Part shown: positions 19,115-28,200 of the stretch, in pieces
How the letters are laid out: every line of letters starts with the position of its first letter
How positions within the stretch are numbered: the first letter of the stretch is position 1
Assembly: GCA_964544935.1 (NCBI GenBank)
Contig: CAZJDZ010000001.1
Coordinates: 27,018 to 91,017, forward strand
DNA: 64,000 bases
Reading direction: 5' to 3'
Origin: an uncultured Candidatus Saccharibacteria bacterium
GTDB lineage: Bacteria; Patescibacteriota; Minisyncoccia; Phycocordibacterales; UBA5272
Translations under genes and position numbers: made by a program
Notes under the pieces: generated by a model
Seen by the model: only the letters and a program-made list of their open reading frames with translations
Database searches by the model: none
What the model was told of the DNA's origin: nothing

Positions 19115-19141
19115 ATATAAAATACCCCTTAAAGAGTAGTC

Positions 19142-19663
19142 TCACACAACCTTGCTTTTATAGTATTCTTCAAACAGATCATAATGGGAACGTGCGTTAA
19201 AACAAAAAGCATATTCATTTTCATCTACCGTATCCGCCTGAGATTTAAGCAGGTCAAAAACAGTCTCCTTGTTGTACCAAAATATTTCTAATTTATTTTT
19301 TTCATCTTCTTGCATAGTGGTCGGTATACCCTTAACACCTAGCACCCTTGCTTCAAAAAAGAAGATTTCGTAATGTTTCATTGATTTGTTTCTGAATTGA
19401 TGAGAAATAGCAAACTCGTTAACATCTTCAATGGTACAACCAAGCTCTTCCATGATTTCTCTTTTTATCGCATCTATTTTATCCTCATTGTTTTCTACAC
19501 CGCCACCTGGAAGTAAATAGTGACCTCTCGTTTTTAAAAGAGCTATGTTATTTTTACTATCAACAACGACTGCTTTTACTGTTGGACGTACAGCATACTC
19601 ACCAACTGCTTTAATGGGATTTTGGAAAATATCCTCATCGTGTATATTTTTAGTGAGTTTCAT
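19142..19663 (-). CDS. NUDIX hydrolase
   Basis: Nudix box GGGVENNEDKIDAIKREIMEELG. Confidence 0.8.
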   Translation of the reverse strand: MKLTKNIHDEDIFQNPIKAVGEYAVRPTVKAVVVDSKNNIALLKTRGHYLLPGGGVENNEDKIDAIKREIMEELGCTIEDVNEFAISHQFRNKSMKHYEIFFFEARVLGVKGIPTTMQEDEKNKLEIFWYNKETVFDLLKSQADTVDENEYAFCFNARSHYDLFEEYYKSKVV

Positions 19664-19775
19664 TAATTGCTATTTTATCACAAAATTAGCTTGTTTTTAA
19701 GGCTAAAAGCTACCAACAATATGCCTTCTAGGACGCTCTTGATACTTCCTTTGATTTGCGTCATCAATAGTATAT

Positions 19776-21101
19776 ATGAAAACAACAGCACCCAAGGGCT
19801 ATGAACTAGCTAAATCACTAACAGAACCAATAAAGACAAGGTATTGCCTCTATGCTCGTAAATCAACAGAATCTGAGGAAAGACAGGTTCTTTCTATAGA
19901 TTCGCAGATAAAGGAGATGCTTGAACTTGCAGATCGAGAAGGATTGGAAATCGTGTGTATGAAGCGTGAGTCTCACTCTGCAAAGGAAACAGGACAACGA
20001 CCGGTATTCAATGAAATAATAGACGAAATACGAGCAAAGAAATTCAATGGGATCCTGACATGGGCACCTGACCGTATCAGTCGTAACGCAGGAGATCTTG
20101 GAAAGATTGTTGACTTGATGGATGCAGGACTACTGCAAGAAATACGAACATACGGGCAGAAATTCTCAAACAACCCTAATGAAAAATTCCTGCTCATGAT
20201 TTTAGGGAGCCAAGCGAAACTTGAGAATGACAATCGTGGAGTAAACGTAAAGCGAGGGTTACGCACACGAGTAGAGATGGGTTTATGGCCTGGGCAAGCA
20301 CCACTTGGGTATCTGAATCAGCGACACTTAGATAAAAAGTGTCAGCTTATCGTTGATCCCGAGCGAGCACCTATCGTAAAGAAAATGTTTGAGAAGGTTG
20401 CGTATGAAAAACTAAGCGGAAGAAAGATATACAATTGGCTTCGTTTTGAAGCCAATTTTTATACTAGAGGAAACAAACCTTTAACGCTCAGTGGTGTCTA
20501 TCGAATCCTTGATAATCAGTTCTATCATGGACTCTTTGAACATCCGAAAGGTAGTGGTAACTGGTATACAGGTAAACACGAGCCACTGATCACTCAAGAA
20601 CTATTTGAGAAAGCTCAGGTACAGCTTAAGCGAGATAACATACAGCGTGAGAACAAGGAGTTCTCATTTACTAAACTGTTCACGTGTGGTTACTGCTCTA
20701 GTGGTATATCAGCTGAAGAAAAGTGGAAGGACCTAAAAGATGGTACTCATGCGAAATACATCTACTATTCTTGTAGTCGAGCACGAGACCGTAACTGTAA
20801 GAATAAATATATTCGTGAGGAAGAACTCATTACCGAACTGCTCAAGATTCTCGATAAGGTGGATATCAACGAGCTTGGCATGCGACAGAAACTTGAAGAC
20901 GAGATTGCGCGTTTTAATATCTTTCAAAGATCGGTACTCGGTAGCACTGATAAAGTAGACAATAGAAAAGATACTGATATTCGAAACTATGCTAAGTACA
21001 TCTTGAAAGAAGGTACTGTTATGGAGAAGCGAGAACTACTAGCGAATCTACGATCAAGAATTATTTATAAAGATAAAGAGCTTACTTTGATTGTTGAATA
21101 A
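19776..21101 (+). CDS. large serine recombinase (resolvase/invertase N-domain, recombinase domain and zinc ribbon)
   Basis: Catalytic region YARKSTESEERQVLSIDSQ; C-terminal CGYCSSG...CSRARDRNC zinc ribbon; 441 aa. Confidence 0.85.
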   Translation: MKTTAPKGYELAKSLTEPIKTRYCLYARKSTESEERQVLSIDSQIKEMLELADREGLEIVCMKRESHSAKETGQRPVFNEIIDEIRAKKFNGILTWAPDRISRNAGDLGKIVDLMDAGLLQEIRTYGQKFSNNPNEKFLLMILGSQAKLENDNRGVNVKRGLRTRVEMGLWPGQAPLGYLNQRHLDKKCQLIVDPERAPIVKKMFEKVAYEKLSGRKIYNWLRFEANFYTRGNKPLTLSGVYRILDNQFYHGLFEHPKGSGNWYTGKHEPLITQELFEKAQVQLKRDNIQRENKEFSFTKLFTCGYCSSGISAEEKWKDLKDGTHAKYIYYSCSRARDRNCKNKYIREEELITELLKILDKVDINELGMRQKLEDEIARFNIFQRSVLGSTDKVDNRKDTDIRNYAKYILKEGTVMEKRELLANLRSRIIYKDKELTLIVE

Positions 21102-21219
21102 AAAAGATTTTACTAATCAAAAAACACACGAGCACATCGTGTGTTTTTAGTTACATTCTAAGCATTCGGGTCGCTTCATTTACCTAAGCAAACGGGTTGA
21201 CTCCGATACTAAAACGTGT

Positions 21220-21309
21220 TGGCGGAGGATGTGAGATTCGAACTCACGGACCTAATAAAAGGTCGACGGTTTAGTAAACCGTTGATTTAAGCCACTCATC
21301 CAATCCTCC
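21220..21309 (-). tRNA. type II tRNA, Ser-like paralog with anticodon loop UUACUAA (anticodon ACU as read)
   Basis: Manual fold: acceptor GGAGGAT/ATCCTCC; discriminator G; encoded CCA; long variable arm GACCT..AGGTC; T-arm GTGAG-TTCGAAT-CTCAC. It differs from tRNA-Ser(GCU) at position 34 (G to A). Confidence 0.6.
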
Positions 21310-21341
21310 AAGTTCTACAATCATACCAAAATATTATACAT

Positions 21342-22001
21342 TTGAGAAATCATGGCATCGGAGTACACTTATTGCTAACTTGTTCTTCTTGCTCTTTAAC
21401 TTCTACCAATACGGAGGCATTTATGGACTTATGCCAGACAGACATGTTCCCTGGAACTATTGTTTTGCAATATATTGACCCTTCTCGACATTTCATTGGT
21501 GTTGTACTTCCAGAAACAGCTTTACGATTTCTCAAAGAAGAAGAAAGAAGGGTTTTTGCGTCTCATCAAGGAAATGGTGATCTCACTGTACACCATATGA
21601 TTTTGGTACTTGGCTGCTTTGATCTAAAAGAAGAGGAGCGGACTCTTTTTGATCACATAGGGCAGCACCCTCACCAGAACTTTCCTTGGTACGTTATCGG
21701 TGAAAAGCGACAAGCTGTAGCTGAACATTTTACAGAAGAGCTTGCTCTTTTTAGAGTGCAACACTTACAACTATCATCTGGTGAAACCCATGCACGGACT
21801 CTACGAAGAAGAAGTTTTTCTTTTAGCCCAAAACATGCGGAAACACTGGGGCTGATTCTTTTTGTGCAAAGATACCTTTCTGGCAAAAGTGATGACGAGC
21901 TTCTCGTTGGAAGATGGGAATTTGGTAGACAAGGAGAGCTTGTTCTTGAAACACTCAAGGTACTCTTTCCTCGCGATAACACATGGAGAGCTTCGTTGTA
22001 A
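21342..22001 (+). CDS. hypothetical protein (likely start at MDLCQTDMF, about 21423), moderately GC-rich
   Basis: The ORF ends directly before a strong bidirectional terminator. Overlapping reverse-frame ORFs look like shadow ORFs. Confidence 0.45.
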   Translation: MRNHGIGVHLLLTCSSCSLTSTNTEAFMDLCQTDMFPGTIVLQYIDPSRHFIGVVLPETALRFLKEEERRVFASHQGNGDLTVHHMILVLGCFDLKEEERTLFDHIGQHPHQNFPWYVIGEKRQAVAEHFTEELALFRVQHLQLSSGETHARTLRRRSFSFSPKHAETLGLILFVQRYLSGKSDDELLVGRWEFGRQGELVLETLKVLFPRDNTWRASL

Positions 22002-22022
22002 TAATTCCAGAGAAAAAAGACT

Positions 22023-22050
22023 AACCCCTGCACTTGGCAGGGGTTTTATC
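22023..22050. terminator. bidirectional hairpin aacccctgcc-aagt-ggcaggggtt
   Basis: Lies between convergent genes; the plus strand continues with ttatctttc. Confidence 0.6.
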
Positions 22051-22074
22051 TTTCTATATAGATGTGCTGTATTT

Positions 22075-22653
22075 TTAGTTATTTCTTCCAAAGAATCTAC
22101 CGATGAAACCACGAATACCTGCAGCTGGTCTATTTTCACCCATAGCATCACCATCACGAGAATTATATTCTCCTGTAGGTTCTCCATTTTGTGCAGGAAC
22201 AGCTGATACCACTGGGGTACCAGGCATCGCATTCCCTCTTCCTGCATCACCTGTAGTAGACCCTGGCTGACCTGCTGGGCGACCAATAGTAATTGTTTTA
22301 TTACCAATAAGAGCTTTTAGTTTGACATCATACTCTGCATTTAATGCTTTTAACTTTGCAATTCGTTCTTCTTGAAGTGCTTTTATCTTTGCATCAAGAG
22401 CTGTGTCCCCTGTTGTAATTGTTGGCATGACAGCCATCATGTTAGCAGGAATAGCTCGAGCAGATGCTGTAGGAGCACTTGCTTTACCATACATTGTATT
22501 AACAACTCCTCCAGTTGGAGCACCTGTTACTTGCATTCTCCCCATTACTGCAGGTTCTCTAGGTGCCACAGAAGAAGCGTCACCAGCATCTTGTGCAAAC
22601 ACTGTTCCTATCGCAACAAACGCAATACTTGTCGAAATAATATATTTTTTCAT
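22075..22653 (-). CDS. secreted Gly/Ala/Pro/Thr-rich protein with signal peptide
   Basis: Start MKKYIISTSIAFVAIGTVFAQ; low-complexity mature part. Confidence 0.55.
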   Translation of the reverse strand: MKKYIISTSIAFVAIGTVFAQDAGDASSVAPREPAVMGRMQVTGAPTGGVVNTMYGKASAPTASARAIPANMMAVMPTITTGDTALDAKIKALQEERIAKLKALNAEYDVKLKALIGNKTITIGRPAGQPGSTTGDAGRGNAMPGTPVVSAVPAQNGEPTGEYNSRDGDAMGENRPAAGIRGFIGRFFGRNN

Positions 22654-22747
22654 ATGCAGTAAGTATAGCAAATGTACAGAGAACGTGTGTGAGTAACTAA
22701 AGAAAAAGATACACCCGCCGAAGCGGGTGCCTCGTGGGTGTATTGTT

Positions 22748-23110
22748 TTAGAAACGTATTTCGGTGGCACGAAAACCAAGTTCTTGTGGCGTCCACTGAG
22801 GGTTACTTTTCAAAATCATAACCTCCAAAAGACTACGCTGAAGATCATTCTTGATAATCTTGGTTATCAATCTCTTAAGTGCAGAGATCTCTTTCTGTTC
22901 AGTGTACTTTTTCTGACAAGCGACAGTAATCATAGAGACAAGAATTCCTTGATCTTTTTCTACTGCCAGCTTGTACAGTGTTATTGCAGCACTATCAGGT
23001 ACACGCAAACCTTGTTCCCAATTCTTGATATTTGCGGCAGGAACCCCAAACAGAATTGAAATCTCTGCCTGAGAAAGATTCAGACCATTACGAATACTTG
23101 CAAAGTTCAT
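22748..23110 (-). CDS. XRE-family HTH transcriptional regulator
   Basis: GLNLSQAEISILFGVPAANIKNWEQG helix-turn-helix; a rho-independent terminator lies downstream (22705..22740). Confidence 0.7.
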   Translation of the reverse strand: MNFASIRNGLNLSQAEISILFGVPAANIKNWEQGLRVPDSAAITLYKLAVEKDQGILVSMITVACQKKYTEQKEISALKRLITKIIKNDLQRSLLEVMILKSNPQWTPQELGFRATEIRF

Positions 23111-23365
23111 TTTTGGCCCTTGTTGTTGAACGAATTTACTCTACATTAAAAGTATTAACGAGTCAATTAAATTATTGACACTTGTAAAATTAGTATTTTT
23201 GAAAACTTTCTCTGTAGAGACGAGAAGCTGCTCGGTCACCACTTTGGTATTATAATTTCATGATTACACTGAAAAAAAACACTCGAGGTACCTGCCTTAG
23301 CACAGATGCAACATTTTAATACAAAAAATAGTGTGAATCTAGGTAATATATTATTGGTATTTAAA

Positions 23366-23674
23366 CTACTTTTTATTATTTACTAAATGTATTAGAATCC
23401 AAATATTTATATAAAAATATAAAAATTGAAATAGTAAAGAAGCAATATTCTCTATAAGTGAGTAGTGACCAGTTTGATTCCCATCTAAACCTATACCTAT
23501 AAATAAAGGTACTCTTATATGCTCTAAAAAAATCCACGGGAAACCAAACACAGCTAAAAATAGTTTACTAAGTGTTAGGCCATCATGTGGTACAATTGTA
23601 AGATTGTATAATAATATTAAAGAGATAGCGAAAGTTAATACTAATATAAATATAGATAATTTATTTAATTTCAT
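23366..23674 (-). CDS. small hydrophobic membrane protein
   Basis: 102 aa, three predicted TM segments. Confidence 0.4.
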   Translation of the reverse strand: MKLNKLSIFILVLTFAISLILLYNLTIVPHDGLTLSKLFLAVFGFPWIFLEHIRVPLFIGIGLDGNQTGHYSLIENIASLLFQFLYFYINIWILIHLVNNKK

Positions 23675-23740
23675 AATTTAATGATACTACATATCCAATT
23701 ATATTATGTAGAATATCCACACTTTTTAACTTAAAGGTAG

Positions 23741-23817
23741 TTTTATTTGCGGAAACGAGAGGATATTCGGTCACAAATCTGCCTCCCGACTCACTGCGTT
23801 CGCTGGAGAGGATCCGG
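23741..23817. repeat. direct repeat copy 1, ~70 bp, starting with tRNA-Ser 3'-end-like sequence GCGGAAACGAGAGGAT
   Basis: Second copy at 23990..24056 (about 95% identical). Both resemble the 3' acceptor/T-stem of tRNA-Ser(GCU) at 25507..25535. Confidence 0.7.
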
Positions 23818-23989
23818 TCACCAAACATATCTTTTTATTTTCGTCTTACAGACTAAATAAAAAGATTGTTTCGCGACCCCGGCTTCGACACTTCAGTTTT
23901 GATTACAAAACTGGCTTCGCAGTGTCTCAGTTCGAACCCTCTTCATTCTCTCGCAAAATATAAATCACCCAAAGCTTTGCTTTGGGTTC

Positions 23990-24056
23990 ATTATTTTGCG
24001 GAGACGAGAGGATATTCGGTCACAAATCTACCTCCCGACTCACTGTGTTCGCTGGA
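23990..24056. repeat. direct repeat copy 2 (tRNA-Ser 3'-end-like)
   Basis: ttattttgcggagacgagaggatattcggtcacaaatctacctcccgactcactgtgttcgctgga. Confidence 0.7.
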
Positions 24057-24221
24057 CTAGAATTTTAACAGATTGATTACAATCTAAAAAATTCGTCGCG
24101 CATGCTCGAAGCAGATTCGCGACCCCTATTCGAATCCTCACGCATGACGCGCAGGCGTCATGCTTCGTCTCCTCAGAATGTAAAAAGCGACATCTTAAGA
24201 TATCGCTTTTTACATTCTGCG

Positions 24222-24311
24222 GGCCGTGTGGGTTAAGTACCCACGTGTTTAGACACCATAAGGGTATTTGATCATCTTTTTCGAGCTCTAAAATATGTAT
24301 GTGGGTCGCTA
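24222..24311. repeat. copy B of the ~90-bp intergenic repeat family
   Basis: Aligned with copies A and C. Confidence 0.7.
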
Positions 24312-24782
24312 GATTTTTATCCTTGAGTAAACTTTATCAAAACCATCAACTTGTTCTTCTTTGTATACTTCTGCATTCATTTTTTGTAAGAAAGAAAACA
24401 TCATCGGAAACTTTTTTGGGAAAGTATTAAGTAAAATATATTCGTAGCCTTTTTCTTTTGCATACGCAACCACATCACTATACATTTTTGACCATACACC
24501 TTTACCTCTTGCTTCAGGATCAACCCCAGCAAGCCATATTTTGAAATCTCCTTCATTTGTGACATCACACACGGTGAACCCTTTGGTAGATTCTCCTTCA
24601 TTAACCACAACAAAATATCCGCCATTATTGATTCTTTTTAACCATTCATCTTTGTTGTTATAGAGCGATTGTTCTTTTTCACCAAAGACTTTATCATGTA
24701 GCTCAATTGCACTCTCAACAAAACGTAAATCAGTAGATACCTCTATTTTTGGTGGTTCAGGGGTGAATTCAGGACTTTTCAT
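24309..24782 (-). CDS. GNAT family N-acetyltransferase
   Basis: Acetyl-CoA-binding region WLAGVDPEARGKGVWSKMYSDVVAYAKEKG. Confidence 0.65.
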   Translation of the reverse strand: MKSPEFTPEPPKIEVSTDLRFVESAIELHDKVFGEKEQSLYNNKDEWLKRINNGGYFVVVNEGESTKGFTVCDVTNEGDFKIWLAGVDPEARGKGVWSKMYSDVVAYAKEKGYEYILLNTFPKKFPMMFSFLQKMNAEVYKEEQVDGFDKVYSRIKI

Positions 24783-24827
24783 ATAGATATTCTAGCATCT
24801 GGGTCACTCCGATACTTTTACATTATG

Positions 24828-24920
24828 GCGGTGATTGTAGGTTAAGTACCCACACGTCTAGACACCATAAGGGTATTTTAACATCTCTTCCAAGCTATAA
24901 AATATGTATGTGGGTCGCTA
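24828..24920. repeat. copy C of the ~90-bp repeat family, preceded by a duplicate of the tRNA-Ser 3' flank (cgatacttttacattatggcgg)
   Basis: Aligned with A and B. The flank at 24812..24835 matches 25488..25511. Confidence 0.7.
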
Positions 24921-25487
24921 AGATATTTGTAACAAATTTTCGCTTTTAGTGAAAAGAATCGTCTGTACTCCGAAACCTTTTGCAGACTCAACATTCATTT
25001 TATTATCATCAATAAAAATAATTTCCTCTTTGCTGCAATCAGAAGACGCAAGGCATTTCTCAAAAAATTGTATATCAGGTTTTCTACATTTCACATCACT
25101 TGAAATAACAATCTCGTCGAAAAGATAGTCCAAGCTATTATCTCTAATAATCTTTCTAAGAAAATCAGAACTCGCATTAGAGCAGAGAATTATTTTATAG
25201 GACTTTTTGAGTTTTTTAAGACAAGAAACAACTTGATTATTTATTTCAATATAAGAATTAAATTCTTCATTTATCTCTTCAACAGGTCTTTGAACCTGTG
25301 CGGATAAATGATTCATTAGTTCTGAATTAGAAATCTCTCCAAGATCTGCGGGTTTAAAATATTTTTCTTTCAGTAAAATAGACTCTTCTTTTGAGAAGTA
25401 TTTCTGAAACCAGAAAGGAGCAACTTCAGAACAAATGACTCCAAAAAAATCTATCCATATTACTTTTATTTTATGATCGCGGGTCAT
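24918..25487 (-). CDS. HAD-superfamily hydrolase
   Basis: Motif I IDFFGVI, motif II CSNAS, motif IV IFIDDN. Confidence 0.65.
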   Translation of the reverse strand: MTRDHKIKVIWIDFFGVICSEVAPFWFQKYFSKEESILLKEKYFKPADLGEISNSELMNHLSAQVQRPVEEINEEFNSYIEINNQVVSCLKKLKKSYKIILCSNASSDFLRKIIRDNSLDYLFDEIVISSDVKCRKPDIQFFEKCLASSDCSKEEIIFIDDNKMNVESAKGFGVQTILFTKSENLLQIS

Positions 25488-25506
25488 GTACGATACTTTT
25501 ACTTTA

Positions 25507-25596
25507 TGGCGGAGACGAGAGGATTCGAACCTCCGAGGGATTTAACTCCCTGCCTCTTTAGCAAAGAGGTACGTTAGACCACTCTGACACGTCTCC
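25507..25596 (-). tRNA. tRNA-Ser(GCU), type II
   Basis: Manual fold: GGAGACG acceptor; anticodon arm CCTCT-TTGCTAA-AGAGG; long variable arm; T-loop TTCGAAT; discriminator G; CCA encoded. Confidence 0.85.
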
Positions 25597-25985
25597 ATCT
25601 TCTTATCAGAACGAGGTTTATTCTAACATATTAGTACCTCTATTTCTATATAGCGTTCTCTTAGTTATGTGCTTGTTGTATATACTAAAACTCGTCACCA
25701 CAGAACCAGAGCAGAGAAGCCTTTGCTGACTTTCCCCAGATGGTTGCTTTACATCTCTTTCAAATTTTATACGTACAGAACACCTAAGTAAAAAAGTATT
25801 TCTACCCCTGTAGATATCTTTAATGCATTTTCATTCACACTATTTTCATAGGTGTATATCATCATCTCGTAACAAGACCCGTACCAAGGTGATGGTATGG
25901 CGTATTGTTTTTCATTTTCTATTCCATCTATCGTCACTAAAGCACGCAGCAAAGTAAAGATCGTCTAACTAGGAGCAATCACAAA

Positions 25986-26981
25986 CTATCTCATAGGAAG
26001 AGATGGGAGAGATAGTTCATTCTTGTGTTCAATGTCTGAAAAAAATAATTCAGTAACCCGCTTAAAGTCTTGAGTAAAAAACGATGTTTCTGGATTTTTA
26101 TTAGCAGGCAAATTTCTCAACCGTTCTTTTATTTGTTCCAATCCTTGCACAGAAAGTAAACCTCTCATTTTTAACGCTTCTTTAAAAATCTCCACTTGTG
26201 ACTGAAATATTGCATCCTGTTCTTTTCTATCAACACTAATTTCCCCCGTAGCATCAAATTCTTGCAGGAAATGAGAAACAGTTTCAGCTATTTTTTCAGG
26301 CATCATCTCTGAACCCTCAATTAATATAAAGCCGGGATTCTGTTCAACAAACTGGGCTTGAACAGCTAGCACTAATAGTGAATCGTCTATAATATCTCCT
26401 TTAGCTTGTTCCAATGTTCTTTCTCCTTGCAAATACCGTATCAAGGGTTTATATATTGAACTCTGTTCTATATTAAAACAGTTTGGGTACCGTTCGTGCA
26501 GATAACGAGCTTCTTCTAAAGCGCCCTCTGAAATAAATTTTTCCACTCGTTTCTCAAAGAGCGCAACAAGGTTTGTACCTCTTTGATAAGAAATATAAAA
26601 CAATGGCGAATATGTAATGCTTTTACCTTCTTGTTTATTGGCATCAAGTAATGCCCGTAAATACCCGCCAGAAAACCCTTCAATAAGAGGTGTGTGGCCG
26701 CGACTGACAATTTCTGGTATGAGTCGTTCTACTTCTTGCAAGTAATGAGAAGGGTTCCAAGTGTTTTCGTTTGGTTCGAGAATTGAATAAAAATGTGCAC
26801 GTTGTGAAACCGCATCTCTTTCGACTAATGGCTTTACATCTCTTCCTGCAGAGCTATTCTTATAAAAGGAAAATCTGTCGCAGTTGATCACTTCTATATC
26901 CGGATTCTCGAGCAATAGAGTAACGGCTTTCGTTTTACCAGTTGTTGATTGTCCAGTAATTATTGCAACATTTTTAAGCAT
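25986..26981 (-). CDS. miaA: tRNA dimethylallyltransferase-like protein (MiaA/IPT family, divergent)
   Basis: P-loop VAIITGQSTTGKTKAV, then INCDRFSFY and GHTPLIEGFSGGYLRALL, resembling MiaA blocks. Confidence 0.55.
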   Translation of the reverse strand: MLKNVAIITGQSTTGKTKAVTLLLENPDIEVINCDRFSFYKNSSAGRDVKPLVERDAVSQRAHFYSILEPNENTWNPSHYLQEVERLIPEIVSRGHTPLIEGFSGGYLRALLDANKQEGKSITYSPLFYISYQRGTNLVALFEKRVEKFISEGALEEARYLHERYPNCFNIEQSSIYKPLIRYLQGERTLEQAKGDIIDDSLLVLAVQAQFVEQNPGFILIEGSEMMPEKIAETVSHFLQEFDATGEISVDRKEQDAIFQSQVEIFKEALKMRGLLSVQGLEQIKERLRNLPANKNPETSFFTQDFKRVTELFFSDIEHKNELSLPSLPMR

Positions 26982-27144
26982 TTATATAGCATATACTATT
27001 GAGACACAGTGTACAACTAAAAGATCTCCAGATGCAGAAGTTAAAAAAGAAAGCAGATAGGCTATTACAAAAGAGTTTGCTCTAGCTCGTAACGCTCTCT
27101 ACCATAATTTGATATACTGTTGGTATACAAGTAATATCATTTAT

Positions 27145-27450
27145 ATGAAAGAATTCATTACATTTATTCGAGAAAAAGGAGTTCTTGGACTCGCAGTTGG
27201 AATCATCGTCGGAGGTTCAATAACAAAATTAGTTGAAAGCATTGTCACCAATCTTATTAACCCACTAGTTGGTGCAGTAACAGGTGCAGCTGGTAGTTTG
27301 AATACGCTTGCTTACACCATGCCAATCACTGGTATTGTTTTTAAGTATGGAGCTTTTATTTCTAGCCTTATTGATTTTGTTGCAGTACTTGCAGTTGTAT
27401 ATTTCATTTTCGTCAAAAGTCCAATCAACAAGATTGATAAAAAAGATTAA
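27145..27450 (+). CDS. mscL: large-conductance mechanosensitive channel MscL
   Basis: MKEFITFIREKGVLGLAVGIIVGGSITKLVESIVTNLINPL matches the MscL N-terminus and TM1; followed by terminator 27468..27500. Confidence 0.85.
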   Translation: MKEFITFIREKGVLGLAVGIIVGGSITKLVESIVTNLINPLVGAVTGAAGSLNTLAYTMPITGIVFKYGAFISSLIDFVAVLAVVYFIFVKSPINKIDKKD

Positions 27451-27467
27451 ACTTACCTGTATTTAAA

Positions 27468-27500
27468 ATAGAAAGCGTCGACCACAACATGTGGTCGACG
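27468..27500 (+). terminator. rho-independent terminator agcgtcgaccac-aaca-tgtggtcgacgct + TTTTTCTT
   Basis: Perfect 12-bp stem followed by a T run. Confidence 0.75.
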
Positions 27501-27521
27501 CTTTTTCTTGCTCTCTGTGCC

Positions 27522-28082
27522 TTATCGGCGATGAGGAGACCTCTTGTCTTTTCTCATCTGTCGAGTATGAGCATGAAAGCTTCTGGAGGGTTCTCGCCCG
27601 CCAGTTCTACCAATTCTTGGCAAGAGCCACTGTGCACGCCCCTTGGGCAACGGGTACAGCTGGGGCCGTCCTCTGTCAAATGACAGCCTGAGTGTCCTGA
27701 CTTCAGTTTGAGAGACAGCTCTCTGAAAGTCAGGCGTGCTTTCCTGTGCAACAGAAACAGCAAGACTCTGCAGCAGCAGTTGAGCATGGGCAACTGTAAG
27801 CATTGAAAGAATTCGCACTTTATCCTCCAGTTGATCTTGGGATTGAACAGGGAAAATAGTTTGCACATGATTATGGAGGTCAGTCTCCGAATCAAGTACA
27901 GTGACTTCAAGATGTGAAAATGTTCTCTGTAATTCTCCAGCAAGGAGGGCTTCTTCTTGCAAAGAGCCACAAAGAACAACCCCCGAAGCATTATACTCCG
28001 GCATTCTCTCAGTAGCCGCCAGCAGGTGCCCAATAAGTTTTTGGGATGTGCCTGACGAAACAATGCAGAATATCGATTTCAT
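27522..28082 (-). CDS. hypothetical protein encoded in a GC-rich (~55%) segment
   Basis: Protein-like N-terminal two-thirds (MKSIFCIVSSGTSQKLIGHLL...). The Arg-rich C-terminal tail is probably over-extension. Confidence 0.4.
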   Translation of the reverse strand: MKSIFCIVSSGTSQKLIGHLLAATERMPEYNASGVVLCGSLQEEALLAGELQRTFSHLEVTVLDSETDLHNHVQTIFPVQSQDQLEDKVRILSMLTVAHAQLLLQSLAVSVAQESTPDFQRAVSQTEVRTLRLSFDRGRPQLYPLPKGRAQWLLPRIGRTGGREPSRSFHAHTRQMRKDKRSPHRR

Positions 28083-28200
28083 TTCAGGTCCCGCTTTCTA
28101 TAATAGTACAATCTAAAAAGAGACTATCATGTTCATACATAAAGTCAAAACAAAAGAGCGACGCCTACGGCGTCGCTCTTTTGTTTTGAAATTCTATTGA

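Noticed and set aside
21671-22307. Overlapping ORFs 21671..22033(-), 21801..22307(-), 21862..22206(+)
   Set aside because: They are mutually overlapping and overlap the better-supported genes 21342..22001(+) and 22075..22653(-); both of those are delimited by a clean bidirectional terminator.
24828-24920. Copy C of the 90-bp repeat as an intact tRNA (its reverse complement ends in CACCGCCA with a T-arm-like hairpin)
   Set aside because: No complementary 5' acceptor strand, D-arm or anticodon arm can be formed; it reads as a tRNA 3'-fragment-like remnant at best.
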